Shown: positions 28,355-37,757, numbered from the stretch's first letter. The stretch is DNA of 64,000 nt from an uncultured Microbacteriaceae bacterium (GCA_964246985.1 CAXTSE010000016.1:602-64601), one strand, 5' to 3'. Notes: generated by a model from the letters alone, not told the origin. Numbers and translations: made by a program.

Positions 28355-29620
28355 ATGCCCGAGATCGCCACCGCCCGCACCCTCGACGACAAGCTGCGCG
28401 CCTCACGAGACGCGGCGCGCGTGCTGGCGACCACGGCATCCGGGGTCAAGGATGCCGGGCTCGAGGCCATCGCGGCCGCCGTCGAGGGGGCGGCCGGCCG
28501 CATCCTGCCTGCCAACGAGCTCGACCTCGCCAACGGCCGCGAGAACGGCCTGAGCTCGGGCATGCAGGACCGCCTCCGGCTCGACGCGGCGCGGCTCGCC
28601 GGCCTCGCGCAGGCGGTGCGCGACATCATCGCCCTGCCCGATCCCGTCGGAGGGGTCGTCCGCGGCTCCACCCTCCCCAACGGCCTGCAGTTGAGCCAGG
28701 TGCGGGTGCCCTTCGGCGTCGTCGGCGCGATCTACGAGGCGCGCCCCAACGTCACGATCGACATCGCGGCCCTCGCGCTCAAGAGTGGCAACGCCGTCGT
28801 CCTGCGCGGGGGGAGCGCGGCCGAGAACACCAACCGGGTGCTGGTCGAGCTGCTGCAGGAGGCGCTCGAGAGCGTCGGCCTGCCGGGCGATGCGGTGCAG
28901 ACGATCGACGAGTTCGGGCGGGCCGGAGCCACCCAGCTCATGCAGGCGCGCGGGCTCGTCGACGTGCTCATCCCGCGCGGGAGCGCCGACCTCATCGACA
29001 CCGTCGTGCGCGAGTCGAAGGTGCCCGTGATCGAGACCGGAGCGGGCGTCGTGCACGTGTTCCTCGACGAGAGCGCCGACGTGCAGTCCGCGGTCGACAT
29101 CGTCGTCAACTCGAAGGTGCAGCGGCCGAGCGTGTGCAACGCGCTCGAGACCCTCCTCGTGGATGCGCGCGCGGCCGAGCGGCTGCTTCCGCCGGTGATC
29201 GCGGCACTCCGCGCCGAGGGCGTGACGGTGCACGGCGACGCGCGCACCCGATCGGTCGACCCGGATGCGCTGCCCGCCACCGACGCCGACTACGCGACCG
29301 AGCACATGAGTCTCGACCTGTCGATCGCGGTCGTCGACGACCTCGACGGGGCCCTCGATCACATCCGCCGCTTCTCGACGCACCACACCGAGTCGATCGT
29401 GACCAACGACATGAAGCGCGCCGAGCGCTTCCTCGCCGAGGTCGACTCGGCGGTCGTGATGGTCAACGCGTCGACGCGCTTCACCGACGGCGGCGAGTTC
29501 GGCTTCGGTGCCGAGGTGGGCATCTCGACGCAGAAGCTGCACGCCCGCGGCCCCATGGGCCTGCCCGAGCTGACGAGCACCAAGTGGATCGTGCGCGGCT
29601 CAGGGCAGGTGCGGGGCTAG
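28355..29620 (+). CDS. proA: glutamate-5-semialdehyde dehydrogenase
   Basis: 421 aa. LPANELDLANGRENGLS, ALKSGNAVVLRGGSAA, VCNALETLLV (catalytic Cys). Confidence 0.95.
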   Translation: MPEIATARTLDDKLRASRDAARVLATTASGVKDAGLEAIAAAVEGAAGRILPANELDLANGRENGLSSGMQDRLRLDAARLAGLAQAVRDIIALPDPVGGVVRGSTLPNGLQLSQVRVPFGVVGAIYEARPNVTIDIAALALKSGNAVVLRGGSAAENTNRVLVELLQEALESVGLPGDAVQTIDEFGRAGATQLMQARGLVDVLIPRGSADLIDTVVRESKVPVIETGAGVVHVFLDESADVQSAVDIVVNSKVQRPSVCNALETLLVDARAAERLLPPVIAALRAEGVTVHGDARTRSVDPDALPATDADYATEHMSLDLSIAVVDDLDGALDHIRRFSTHHTESIVTNDMKRAERFLAEVDSAVVMVNASTRFTDGGEFGFGAEVGISTQKLHARGPMGLPELTSTKWIVRGSGQVRG

Positions 29621-29629
29621 GCTGGATCC

Positions 29630-29851
29630 ATGTTCTCGCTTGCTGCCTTCGTCGCCGAACACGAAGAAGAACTCGCGCCGCTGATCGCGCCCCCGCTGGT
29701 CTTCGCCGGCATCGCGGTCGCCGTGTTCGTGCTGCTGGGCTTCATCACGTGGAGCTACCGCGACGTCTCGAACCGTCAGCCGGTCAAGCACCCCGGCGCG
29801 ACCAACGCGCAGGGCGACCACACCGGCGGCCACTCGGGCACCCACCACTAG
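29630..29851 (+). CDS. small membrane protein (73 aa), unknown function
   Basis: One TM (LVFAGIAVAVFVLLGFITW), His/Gly-rich tail. 9 nt after proA. Confidence 0.5.
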   Translation: MFSLAAFVAEHEEELAPLIAPPLVFAGIAVAVFVLLGFITWSYRDVSNRQPVKHPGATNAQGDHTGGHSGTHH

Positions 29852-29869
29852 GGCTCCCGCGCTCACCGC

Positions 29870-30481
29870 ATGACCCTCACCGAGCCCGACGCTCCGCGCC
29901 GCCCGCGCATCGGGGTGATGGGCGGCACGTTCGACCCGATCCACAACGGGCACCTGGCTGCGGCCAGCGAGGTGCAGCGCAGCTTCGACCTCGACGAGGT
30001 CGTCTTCGTGCCGACGGGCGAGCCGTACATGAAGTCGGCGGTCTCCCAGCCGGAGCACCGGTACCTCATGACGGCCATCGCGACGGCCTCCAATCCGGGG
30101 TTCACGGTGAGCCGGGTGGACATCGAGCGCGCCGGCCCGACGTACACCATCGACACCCTGCGCGACCTCCGGAAACAGAGGCCGGACGCCGACCTCTTCT
30201 TCATCACGGGGGCTGATGCGGTGGCCCAGATCGTCGAGTGGAAGGACGTCGAGGAGCTCTGGAGCCTCGCGCATTTCGTCGCCGTATCGCGCCCCGGGCA
30301 CCCCCTGAGCATTCGCGGATTACCAGAGCAGGGCGTAAGCTCCCTTGAAGTTCCTGCCCTGGCGATCAGTTCGACCGATTGCCGGGCGCGAGTCGGCCGG
30401 GGTTACCCGGTGTGGTACTTGGTTCCCGACGGTGTAGTGCAGTACATCTCCAAGCACCATCTCTACCGGAGTAGGACATGA
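29870..30481 (+). CDS. nadD: nicotinate-nucleotide adenylyltransferase
   Basis: [15 protein letters not shown] (HxGH motif), ISSTDCR. Confidence 0.93.
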   Translation: MTLTEPDAPRRPRIGVMGGTFDPIHNGHLAAASEVQRSFDLDEVVFVPTGEPYMKSAVSQPEHRYLMTAIATASNPGFTVSRVDIERAGPTYTIDTLRDLRKQRPDADLFFITGADAVAQIVEWKDVEELWSLAHFVAVSRPGHPLSIRGLPEQGVSSLEVPALAISSTDCRARVGRGYPVWYLVPDGVVQYISKHHLYRSRT

Positions 30482-32784
30482 CGACATTCCAGGACCAGCC
30501 GCTCTCGCGGCGCGCGGTCCGGCAGAACGAGCGCGATCAGGCCGAGCCTGATGCCACGTCGGTCGACGCCGCCTCCGCCCCCGAAGCCCCTGCCGAGCCC
30601 CTCACCTACGCGACGCAGAGCCGCCCCCCGGTGCCCGAATACGACGGCCCCAGCTTCCGCGTGCGCGCGGTTCCCGCGGCGGAGCAGGCCGACGCGTCGG
30701 AGACACCGGCCGTTCCGCAGTCCGAGGGCGGCTACCGTCCGCGCGACTTCAGTCCCGAGGGTCGCCGCGCGACCGGCGCGCCGTCGTGGGCGCCGCAGTA
30801 CGGCGGCGTCGGAGACGACGGAGCGCTCGAGTACCAGACGCAGGGCCGCGTTCCGGCTCAGCCGATCGCCGCAGAGCCCGAGGAACCGGTGTCCCCGGTC
30901 GCCGCCGCGAGTGCGGCGCCTGCTGGCTCGCTCGCCGCGAGCCTCGGTGCTCCTGTCGGCGCGCCGCCCGCGACAGCCGAGCCGGCATCCGAGGTGCCCG
31001 CTGACGTCCTCTCCCCGATCTCCGACGATGTGCTCGGGCCGATCGAGCACACGCTGACCCGTCGTGAGCTGCGCGCCCTGCGCGATGCCCACCGTCTGCG
31101 CACCGCATCCACCCCTGTCGTCGACCCGGCGGGCGAGCTCGCCCCGCAGGCGGCGCCGTCGTCGCGCCTCGACTCCGCTGTCGCCGAATTTGACGCCCTC
31201 GCCCAGGCCCGCGAGGCCGCCGGGGTGGACGAGCCGCGGGCCGCTCCGCGCGGCCGCCGCGCCTACGCTCCCGCGACCAACGAGGTCGCGCCGGCGCCGC
31301 TCGCGTCGGTCGACGAGGTGCCCGCCGCCGAGGCTGCGCCTGCCGTCGAGACCGCGCCAGCCGAGACCGCACCAGCCGACACCGCACCTGACGAGACCGT
31401 CGAACCCGCTCCCGCCCCGGCCGAGGCGGTGCACCCCGACGTCGTCGAGGCCGAGGCCGAGGCCGTCCAGTCCGACGCGGATGCGCTTGCCCCCTTCGAT
31501 GAGGATGCCGCGTTCGCCGACCCCGCGCTCTACGTGCAGCCCTCGACGGCCGAGCCCGTCGTCGATCCCGCCGTCGAGCAGGTCTCCGAGCTGCCCGCCG
31601 CCGAGCAGTCCTGGGCGGCCGAACCGGTCCCGCTCGTCGAGCCGCCCGCCTACGGCTATACCGCTCCGCAGCCCGTCGCGCCCGCCTACGTCGCGCCCGA
31701 GCACCCTGAGTCCTTCGGCCAGCCTGCGCAGTTCGAGCAGCCTGACCCGTCCGACCCGCCTGTCACGTCCGACCAGCCTGTCTCGTCCGACCAGCAGGAC
31801 GAGCAGGTCGAGATACCCGACCCGGAGCACGACGGCTACGTCCTGCACGAGCCCGAAGCCCCCGTCGCCGACTCGCCGCTCTCGGCCTTCGAGGCGCTCT
31901 TTGCGCCTCCCGCCGCGCCCGAGCCCGCGCCCGAGCCCGAGCGATTCGTTGCCCAGCCGGCTGCCGAGGCCCCGGCGTTCGAGCACTCCGTCTACGCCCA
32001 GCCCGAGCCGCCGGCCTACGTCCAGCCCGAGCCGCCCGTCGCCGAGCAGCCCGTCTACGAGCAGCCGGTCCACGAGCAGCCCGTCTACGAGCAGCCGCCG
32101 ATCGCCGAGACCGTGTACGCGGTGCCGGACGCGCCGGCGACCGACGCGCCGTCCGTCGAGTCGTCCGTCGCCGAGCCGATCGCCGAGCTCCCCGTCCCGT
32201 CCGAGCCGGAGGCCGAGGTCGCGCCCGCCCCGGCGGCGGAGATCGTGGTCCCCGCCGCCGCGGTCCCCGCCGAGTCCACGACCACCGTCGTCGATGTCGA
32301 GGTCGATCCCGCCGCGCCGTCGGTCGGCCACTGGTCGACGCAGGCCGAGCTCGAGGACGAGACCCAGCAGGGCAACGCGATGTTGGCGGGCGGGGTCGGC
32401 ATCGGCAGCGCGCCGCTCACGACCAGTGCTCTCGTGCTGCCGAGCATCCCCGACCAGTTCGGGCCGAACACGGGCGAGGTGCTCGTCACCGGCTCGATCT
32501 CGCTGCCGGAGAGCTTCTCGGTCACCGGGGCGCACCCGGCGCAGCTCGATCAGTCCGACCTCGACCACATGCTCGACCCGGGCGACCACCAGGTCGCGTC
32601 CACCGACTCGCAGCCGGTCCGCGCGATCCGCGCCGTCAGCACGCACACGTCGTCGCGCAACGTCATCAGCACGACCAAGCCGAAGGGCAACCGCGCCCTG
32701 ACCGTCCTCATCGTCGCCGCGAGCGCCATGGCGGCCGTCGTGATCACCCTCCTCGTCGTCGGCCTCGCCTCGGGTCAGCTCTGA
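30478..32784 (+). CDS. 768-aa Pro/Ala/Glu-rich low-complexity protein with a single C-terminal TM anchor
   Basis: ATGA overlap with nadD. High GC3 throughout. [15 protein letters not shown] segment. Repeats [17 protein letters not shown]-terminal [27 protein letters not shown] 6 aa from the end. Confidence 0.7.
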   Translation: MTTFQDQPLSRRAVRQNERDQAEPDATSVDAASAPEAPAEPLTYATQSRPPVPEYDGPSFRVRAVPAAEQADASETPAVPQSEGGYRPRDFSPEGRRATGAPSWAPQYGGVGDDGALEYQTQGRVPAQPIAAEPEEPVSPVAAASAAPAGSLAASLGAPVGAPPATAEPASEVPADVLSPISDDVLGPIEHTLTRRELRALRDAHRLRTASTPVVDPAGELAPQAAPSSRLDSAVAEFDALAQAREAAGVDEPRAAPRGRRAYAPATNEVAPAPLASVDEVPAAEAAPAVETAPAETAPADTAPDETVEPAPAPAEAVHPDVVEAEAEAVQSDADALAPFDEDAAFADPALYVQPSTAEPVVDPAVEQVSELPAAEQSWAAEPVPLVEPPAYGYTAPQPVAPAYVAPEHPESFGQPAQFEQPDPSDPPVTSDQPVSSDQQDEQVEIPDPEHDGYVLHEPEAPVADSPLSAFEALFAPPAAPEPAPEPERFVAQPAAEAPAFEHSVYAQPEPPAYVQPEPPVAEQPVYEQPVHEQPVYEQPPIAETVYAVPDAPATDAPSVESSVAEPIAELPVPSEPEAEVAPAPAAEIVVPAAAVPAESTTTVVDVEVDPAAPSVGHWSTQAELEDETQQGNAMLAGGVGIGSAPLTTSALVLPSIPDQFGPNTGEVLVTGSISLPESFSVTGAHPAQLDQSDLDHMLDPGDHQVASTDSQPVRAIRAVSTHTSSRNVISTTKPKGNRALTVLIVAASAMAAVVITLLVVGLASGQL
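32044..32096 (+). repeat. 30-bp-period in-frame duplication (EQPVYEQP)
   Basis: gagcagcccgtctacgagcagcc at 32044 and again at 32074. Confidence 0.85.
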
Positions 32785-32834
32785 CCCGCCACCGTGACGC
32801 TCGCCCTCTTCTCCGCACCCACTCGAAGGACTCC

Positions 32835-33218
32835 GTGACCGCCTCCGATCACTCGCGCGCACTCCTGCGCACCGCCGCTCTCGCCGCCGACTCCAAGCAG
32901 GCCGACGATCTCGTCGCCCTCGATGTCTCGGGGCCCCTGCCCCTGACCGACGTGTTCCTGCTGGCCACAGGCCGCAACGAGCGCAACGTGCAGTCGATCG
33001 CCGGCGAGGTCGAGGATCAGCTCAACGCCTCCGGCGTGAAGACCCTGCGCCGCGAGGGTCGAGCCGAGGGCCGCTGGATCCTGCTCGACTTCGGCGACCT
33101 CGTGGTGCACGTCTTCCACGAGGAGGACCGCATGTACTACTCGCTCGAGCGCCTGTGGAAGGACTGCCCGGTCATCGCCCTCGACCTGCCATCAGCCACG
33201 GCCGCAGAGCGCGCGTGA
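32835..33218 (+). CDS. rsfS: ribosome silencing factor
   Basis: DLVALDVSGPLPLTDVFLLATGRNERNVQSIAGEV...WILLDFGDLVVHVFHEEDRMYYSLERLW. GTG 32835 with GAAGGA upstream. Confidence 0.93.
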   Translation: MTASDHSRALLRTAALAADSKQADDLVALDVSGPLPLTDVFLLATGRNERNVQSIAGEVEDQLNASGVKTLRREGRAEGRWILLDFGDLVVHVFHEEDRMYYSLERLWKDCPVIALDLPSATAAERA

Positions 33219-33735
33219 CGAGCGGCAGCGCCAGGTAGGTCATGATCGGCGTCACGACGACGACGGCCGTGAGCACCCGCAGCGCCAGAGGCCAGTCCGG
33301 GATCAGGACGCTCAGCAGCGCATTCGCGCCGAGGCTGAGCGGATAGAACACCAGGAAGATCGACACCATCTGCTTCCAGCGGGGCGGCGCCGCCTCGGGG
33401 GAGCGCAGCACCTCGACCGACGTCGGCTCGTCGAACCAGCCCTCGATGCCCGTCCGCTGCTCGATGCGGGAGTTCGAGACGAGACCCTGGGCGGATGCCA
33501 CCCACCACGACCGCTCGGGCGAGGACTCCCACGCGGCCAGCGTCGCCGCATCCGCGAACCGGAAGAGCATGTGCCATTCCGGGCTGGTCGGATCGGGCCG
33601 CACCCACCCCGAGCCGAGGTAGCCGGGGGATGCGCTCATGAGCTCCTGGCCGGCGCGCGCCCAGGCGGCCACCTCGCGGGCGCGCTCGGGGTCGACGATC
33701 CGGGTGATGGCCATGGTGATGGGCTCGGCTGCCAT
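33172..33735 (-). CDS. ABM (antibiotic biosynthesis monooxygenase)-like domain protein with C-terminal TM segments
   Basis: ITMAITRIVDPERAREVAAWARAG...GYLGSGWVRP...HMLFRFADAATLAAWESSPER, then 3 TM. 3' end overlaps the rsfS 3' end by 47 nt. Confidence 0.65.
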   Translation of the reverse strand: MAAEPITMAITRIVDPERAREVAAWARAGQELMSASPGYLGSGWVRPDPTSPEWHMLFRFADAATLAAWESSPERSWWVASAQGLVSNSRIEQRTGIEGWFDEPTSVEVLRSPEAAPPRWKQMVSIFLVFYPLSLGANALLSVLIPDWPLALRVLTAVVVVTPIMTYLALPLVTRALRPWLMAGRGR

Positions 33736-33823
33736 GCGTCCATCATCGCGTGCGGTGGCCGTGCGGTTTGTCGAGACCCCGCGGCGGATGTAGTAACCTG
33801 ATCCAGTTGCCTTTCGGGGCCAC

Positions 33824-33900
33824 GGGTCCATGGCGCAGCCCGGTAGCGCACCTGCATGGCATGCAGGGGGTCAGGGGTTCGAATCCCCTTGGATCCACCA
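33824..33900 (+). tRNA. tRNA-Ala (anticodon GGC), CCA encoded
   Basis: Cloverleaf folded by hand: acceptor GGGTCCA/TGGATCC with the G3:U70 alanine identity pair; D stem GCGC/GCGC; anticodon stem CCTGC/GCAGG with loop AT-GGC-AT (33858-33860); T arm AGGGG-TTCGAAT-CCCCT; discriminator A + CCA. Confidence 0.95.
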
Positions 33901-33913
33901 TCGAGAAGCATCA

Positions 33914-33939
33914 GGACGGCCGCCTCCGGGCGGCCGTTC
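33914..33939 (+). terminator. hairpin terminator after tRNA-Ala
   Basis: ggacggccgcc-tccg-ggcggccgttc followed by tgcgttgctgt. Confidence 0.6.
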
Positions 33940-34004
33940 TGCGTTGCTGTCAAGGCCTCACCTCTCGGCCCCGGATCCCATATCGTGATCCTCGGAGGCA
34001 CCCA

Positions 34005-35249
34005 CTGACTACAGCGCGCCCTGACCCGGCAGTCCCCGCCCTTCTCGGCCGGTACCGCCCGTCGAGCATCGTCGGACACGGTGGCATGGCGACCGTGTAC
34101 CGCGCTGTCGACGAGTCCCTCGGGCGTGAGGTCGCGATCAAGGTGTTCCGCGCCGGGAAGGCGGCCGATCTCACACGGCACTCGGAGGAGGCTCGGGTCC
34201 TGGCCGGCCTCAACCACCACGGCATCGTGACCCTGCTCGACGCGGGGATCGACGACAGCGATCCGACCGAGCGGCATCCGTTCCTCGTCATGGAGATGGT
34301 CGAGGGCGGCAATCTCGAGGATGCGCTCGCGCAGCGCCGTCTGAACGCGCGCGAGATCGGGGAGATCGCCTACGACCTCGCCGAGGCGCTCGAGTACGTG
34401 CACGCCAACGGGGTCGTGCACCGCGACATCAAGCCGTCGAACGTCATGCTCGTCGAGTACGGCACGTCCGTCTTCCGCACTCGCGCGCGGCTCACGGACT
34501 TCGGCATCGCCCTCGACGGCTCGAGCGCGCGGCTGACGACCGATCAGGCCACGACCGGCACCGCCGCGTACCTCAGCCCCGAGCAGGCGCGCCGCCAGCC
34601 GGTCACGACCGCCACCGACGTCTACTCCCTCGGGCTGGTTCTGCTGCAGTGCTTCACGGGGGAGCTCGCGTTCCCCGGCGAGGCGGTCGAGTCGGCGCTG
34701 GCGCGGCTCATCGAGGAGCCGCCGGTGCCCGACGACCTGCCCGACGGCTGGACGCCCGTGCTCCGCTCGATGCTGGAGCGGGATCCGGCCGCGCGCCCGC
34801 CGATCGACGAGCTCACGGTGGTGTTCCGCCAGGCCGTGATCTCCGCGAGCGCGCGTCACAAGGTGGAGGCCGAGGGCCCCGCACTCGACGCCGCCCTCGA
34901 CGCCGCCTTCGAGCGCATCACCGCGCTGGCCGCCCGCACCCTGCCCGTCCCGATCGCGATCGTCACCCTCGTGGACGACGACCGCGTGTGGTCGACGACC
35001 CGACGCGACGTCCAGCTGGGGGTCGATCCGCGATCTCTCCTGGATGCGACCGCTGCCGGTGCCGCCGGGGTGCGGTTCACCGCCGAGGTGCCCCTCGTCG
35101 CGGAGGACGGCCGGCGCCTCGGAGATCTGACGGTGTTCGATCTCCGTCCGCGGGTGCTGACCGCCGACGAGGGCGAGATCCTCGAGGATCTGGCGGCGAT
35201 CGTCGTGGACGAGCTGGAGCTGCGTCGACGGATGTCCGACGCCGAATGA
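34005..35249 (+). CDS. Ser/Thr protein kinase with C-terminal GAF-like domain (start codon uncertain)
   Basis: Hanks motifs GHGGMATVYRA, VAIKVF, HRDIKPSN, DFG, YLSPEQ. C-terminal FERITALAARTLPVPIAIVTLVDDDRVW...EVPLVAEDGRRLGDLTVFD is GAF-like. No in-frame ATG/GTG/TTG before the G-loop. First ATG is 34086 (inside the G-loop); in-frame CTG at 34005. Confidence 0.75.
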   Translation: MTTARPDPAVPALLGRYRPSSIVGHGGMATVYRAVDESLGREVAIKVFRAGKAADLTRHSEEARVLAGLNHHGIVTLLDAGIDDSDPTERHPFLVMEMVEGGNLEDALAQRRLNAREIGEIAYDLAEALEYVHANGVVHRDIKPSNVMLVEYGTSVFRTRARLTDFGIALDGSSARLTTDQATTGTAAYLSPEQARRQPVTTATDVYSLGLVLLQCFTGELAFPGEAVESALARLIEEPPVPDDLPDGWTPVLRSMLERDPAARPPIDELTVVFRQAVISASARHKVEAEGPALDAALDAAFERITALAARTLPVPIAIVTLVDDDRVWSTTRRDVQLGVDPRSLLDATAAGAAGVRFTAEVPLVAEDGRRLGDLTVFDLRPRVLTADEGEILEDLAAIVVDELELRRRMSDAE

Positions 35250-35262
35250 TCGGCGGGTCGTC

Positions 35263-35763
35263 TCAGGCGAGCAGGGCCGAGAGCGCGGCGCCGCACCGGC
35301 GGTGAGCGATCTCGTAGCGGGCGGCGAGGCTCGCCCGCTCGTGCGCATAGTGGCGGGTCATCGACTGGGCGCCCGAGACGCGACCGAGGAGCAGCGAGAT
35401 CTCGCGGGAGACCCGATGATCGGCCGCCGTGCCGCCGGCCGCCCCGCGCCGCTGCGCCTCGAGCTGAGCGATGCGCTGCGCCCAGCACGTGACCTGCCCG
35501 TCGAGCTCGAGTCGACGCTCGTCGAGGGCGACCAGGGCCTCGGCGATGCCCTCGAGTTCACCGCAGTAGCTCGCCATCGTGCGCACGGCGTCGGGATGGC
35601 GCTCGACCGGGAGCTCGGAGGCGACGGATCGGAGCGGGCCGTGGAGGACGTCGGGCATCCCCGCGAGGTCGGGATCGGCGTCGACGAGCTCGCCGGTGAC
35701 CCCGCGCACCCGTCGGACGAGCGCGAGCACGGCTGTCGCGTCGAATGCGGTCTCGAATTCCAT
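35263..35763 (-). CDS. hypothetical protein (166 aa, predicted helical / coiled-coil)
   Basis: High GC3, ATG 35763, no recognised family. Convergent with the kinase (13-nt gap). Confidence 0.55.
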   Translation of the reverse strand: MEFETAFDATAVLALVRRVRGVTGELVDADPDLAGMPDVLHGPLRSVASELPVERHPDAVRTMASYCGELEGIAEALVALDERRLELDGQVTCWAQRIAQLEAQRRGAAGGTAADHRVSREISLLLGRVSGAQSMTRHYAHERASLAARYEIAHRRCGAALSALLA

Positions 35764-35861
35764 GCGCCCCCCTCCGGCTACAGTCTAGAAACGGCCGTCC
35801 TCGGGCGCGATCACCCATTCGAGGGAATGCCGGCCACGTCGACACCGTTGCAGAAGATGAT

Positions 35862-35891
35862 ACGTCTGCATGGAAATGACGTCTGCATGGA
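35862..35891 (+). promoter_or_regulatory. tandem 13-bp direct repeat ACGTCTGCATGGA x2 (17-bp period) just upstream of the LLM operon RBS
   Basis: Copies at 35862-35874 and 35879-35891. tgcaga (35849-35854) is inverted relative to tctgca (35865-35870). Confidence 0.4.
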
Positions 35892-35905
35892 GAGAAGGAG
35901 ACCCC

Positions 35906-36937
35906 GTGTCCCAGGAGATCGAGTTCGGAATCGACACGTTCGGCGATGTCACCGTCGACGCGGCCGGGAATCGGCTGCCGTACGACCAGGTCATCCGCAA
36001 CGTCGTCGACCAGGCGGTGCTGGCCGACACCGTCGGCATCGACTTCTTCGGACTGGGCGAGCACCACCGTGACGACTTCGCGGTCTCGGCTCCCGAGGTC
36101 GTGCTGGCCGCAATTGCCAGCCGCACCGAGCGCATCCGCCTCGGCACCGCTGTGACCGTGCTCAGCTCGGACGACCCGGTCCGGGTGTTCGAGAAGTTCG
36201 CCACCCTCGACGCGGTGTCGAACGGGCGGGCCGAGATCATCATCGGCCGTGGATCGTTCACCGAGTCGTTCCCGCTCTTCGGCTTCGACCTCCGCGACTA
36301 CGAGAAGCTCTTCGAGGAGAAGATCGACCTGCTGTCGCATCTCCTCTCCGAGGACCCCGTCACGTGGCAGGGGTCCATCCGACCGCCGCTCGTCGATCAG
36401 CAGGTGTACCCGAAGACGGTCGCCGGTATCCGCACCTGGGTCGGCGTCGGCGGCAGCCCCGAGTCGGTCGTGCGCGCTGCGCACTACGGCCTGCCCCTCG
36501 TGCTCGCGATCATCGGCGGACAGCCGGAGCGGTTCAAGCCCTACGTCGACCTGTACCACCGCGCTCTCGACCAGATGGAGCAGCCGACCCAGCCCGTGGC
36601 CGTGCACTCGCCCGGCTTCATCGCGGACACCGACGAGGAGGCGGCCGATCTGTACTGGCCGCACCACCAGGTCATGATGGACCGCATCGGTGCCGAGCGC
36701 GGGTGGCCGCCCACGGATCGCGAGCGCTACCAGCACGAGATCACCGACGGCGCGCTGCACCTCGGCTCGCCCGAGACCGTCGCTCAGAAGATCGCGAAGA
36801 CCGTGCGCGACCTCGGCATCCAGCGCTTCGACCTGAAGTACTCGGCGGGCACGCTGCCGCACGAGCACCTCATGCACGCCCTCGAGCTCTACGGCACCAC
36901 GGTCATCCCGCGCGTGCGGGAGCTGCTGGCCGACTGA
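35906..36937 (+). CDS. LLM-class (luciferase-like) flavin-dependent oxidoreductase
   Basis: EFGIDTFGD...VGIDFFGLGEHHRDDFAVSAPEVVLAAIA...IRLGTAVTVLSSDDPVRVFEKFATLD. GTG 35906 with GGAG 6 nt upstream; ATG 35870/35876 are alternatives. Confidence 0.85.
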   Translation: MSQEIEFGIDTFGDVTVDAAGNRLPYDQVIRNVVDQAVLADTVGIDFFGLGEHHRDDFAVSAPEVVLAAIASRTERIRLGTAVTVLSSDDPVRVFEKFATLDAVSNGRAEIIIGRGSFTESFPLFGFDLRDYEKLFEEKIDLLSHLLSEDPVTWQGSIRPPLVDQQVYPKTVAGIRTWVGVGGSPESVVRAAHYGLPLVLAIIGGQPERFKPYVDLYHRALDQMEQPTQPVAVHSPGFIADTDEEAADLYWPHHQVMMDRIGAERGWPPTDRERYQHEITDGALHLGSPETVAQKIAKTVRDLGIQRFDLKYSAGTLPHEHLMHALELYGTTVIPRVRELLAD

Positions 36938-36965
36938 CGGCCGGCCCGCCTGTCAGGCTGAGGTC

Positions 36966-37757
36966 GTGACCCCGGCCCCGTACACCACGACTCGGGAGGT
37001 GCACCTCGGGCTGACGGTCGTCGTGAAGCACTTCCCGCAGGGCGCGCAACCCGAGCACCACGATGACGACCCCGCGTTCGTGCTCGTGCACGGGGTCGGC
37101 GTCTCGTCGCGCTACTTCGAGCCGCTGGCGGCTCAGCTCGCGCGGCGAGGGCCGGTGCACGTCCTCGACCTGCCCGGCTTCGGCGCCGCCCCGCGTCCGC
37201 GCGGTCGCATGGGGATCGCGGATCATGCGGCCGTCCTCGCGTCGTTCCTCGAGCGCTCCGGACTCATCGATCCGGTCGTCGTCGGGCACTCCTGGGGAGC
37301 GCAGGTCGTCTCGCTCACCCTGCTCGACCACCCCGGCCTGACCGACCGCGCGGTGCTCATGTCGCCCACCCTGCATCCGGGCATCCGGACCTTCTGGCGC
37401 GCCTTCGGCAATCTCCTGCGCGACGCCCTGCGCGAGCCTCCGGTCGTGTTCGGCATCGCCTTCGTCGACTACATCATCCGATCCGGCCCGCCCTACCTGC
37501 TGCGCCATGTCCCGTCCATGCTCGCCGACCGGATCGAGGACCGCATCGGCCTCCTGCGTGCGCGCATCCTCGTGATCACCGGGGACCGCGATCCGCTGGT
37601 CGACTCGGCGTGGGCTCGCGAGCTGGCAGCGCGGGGAACGCGCTCCGAGTTCCGCGAGGTGCGCGGTCCGCATGTGATCATGCACACGGAGCCGGAGATG
37701 ATCGCGCGCTGCATCCTGGAGTTCGCGGACGCGGACGACAGGAAGGAGGACGCATGA
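36966..37757 (+). CDS. alpha/beta hydrolase
   Basis: Nucleophile elbow VVGHSWGAQV; HG oxyanion region FVLVHGVG. Confidence 0.85.
   Translation: MTPAPYTTTREVHLGLTVVVKHFPQGAQPEHHDDDPAFVLVHGVGVSSRYFEPLAAQLARRGPVHVLDLPGFGAAPRPRGRMGIADHAAVLASFLERSGLIDPVVVGHSWGAQVVSLTLLDHPGLTDRAVLMSPTLHPGIRTFWRAFGNLLRDALREPPVVFGIAFVDYIIRSGPPYLLRHVPSMLADRIEDRIGLLRARILVITGDRDPLVDSAWARELAARGTRSEFREVRGPHVIMHTEPEMIARCILEFADADDRKEDA

Noticed and set aside
30463-32862. 799-aa ORF antisense to the Pro/Ala/Glu-rich gene
   Set aside because: - The + strand frame is coupled to nadD (ATGA), ends in a clean TM anchor and has G/C at nearly all third positions.
- The antisense product is Arg/Gly/Leu repeats.
- It is kept as a caveat only, because both frames are low complexity.
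35870-35905. ATG 35870 / 35876 as the start of the LLM oxidoreductase
   Set aside because: - These ATGs are generated by the tandem ACGTCTGCATGGA repeat and lack an SD.
- GTG 35906 has GGAG at optimal spacing and gives the family-typical N-terminus (SQEIEFGIDTFGD).
- It is not fully excluded.
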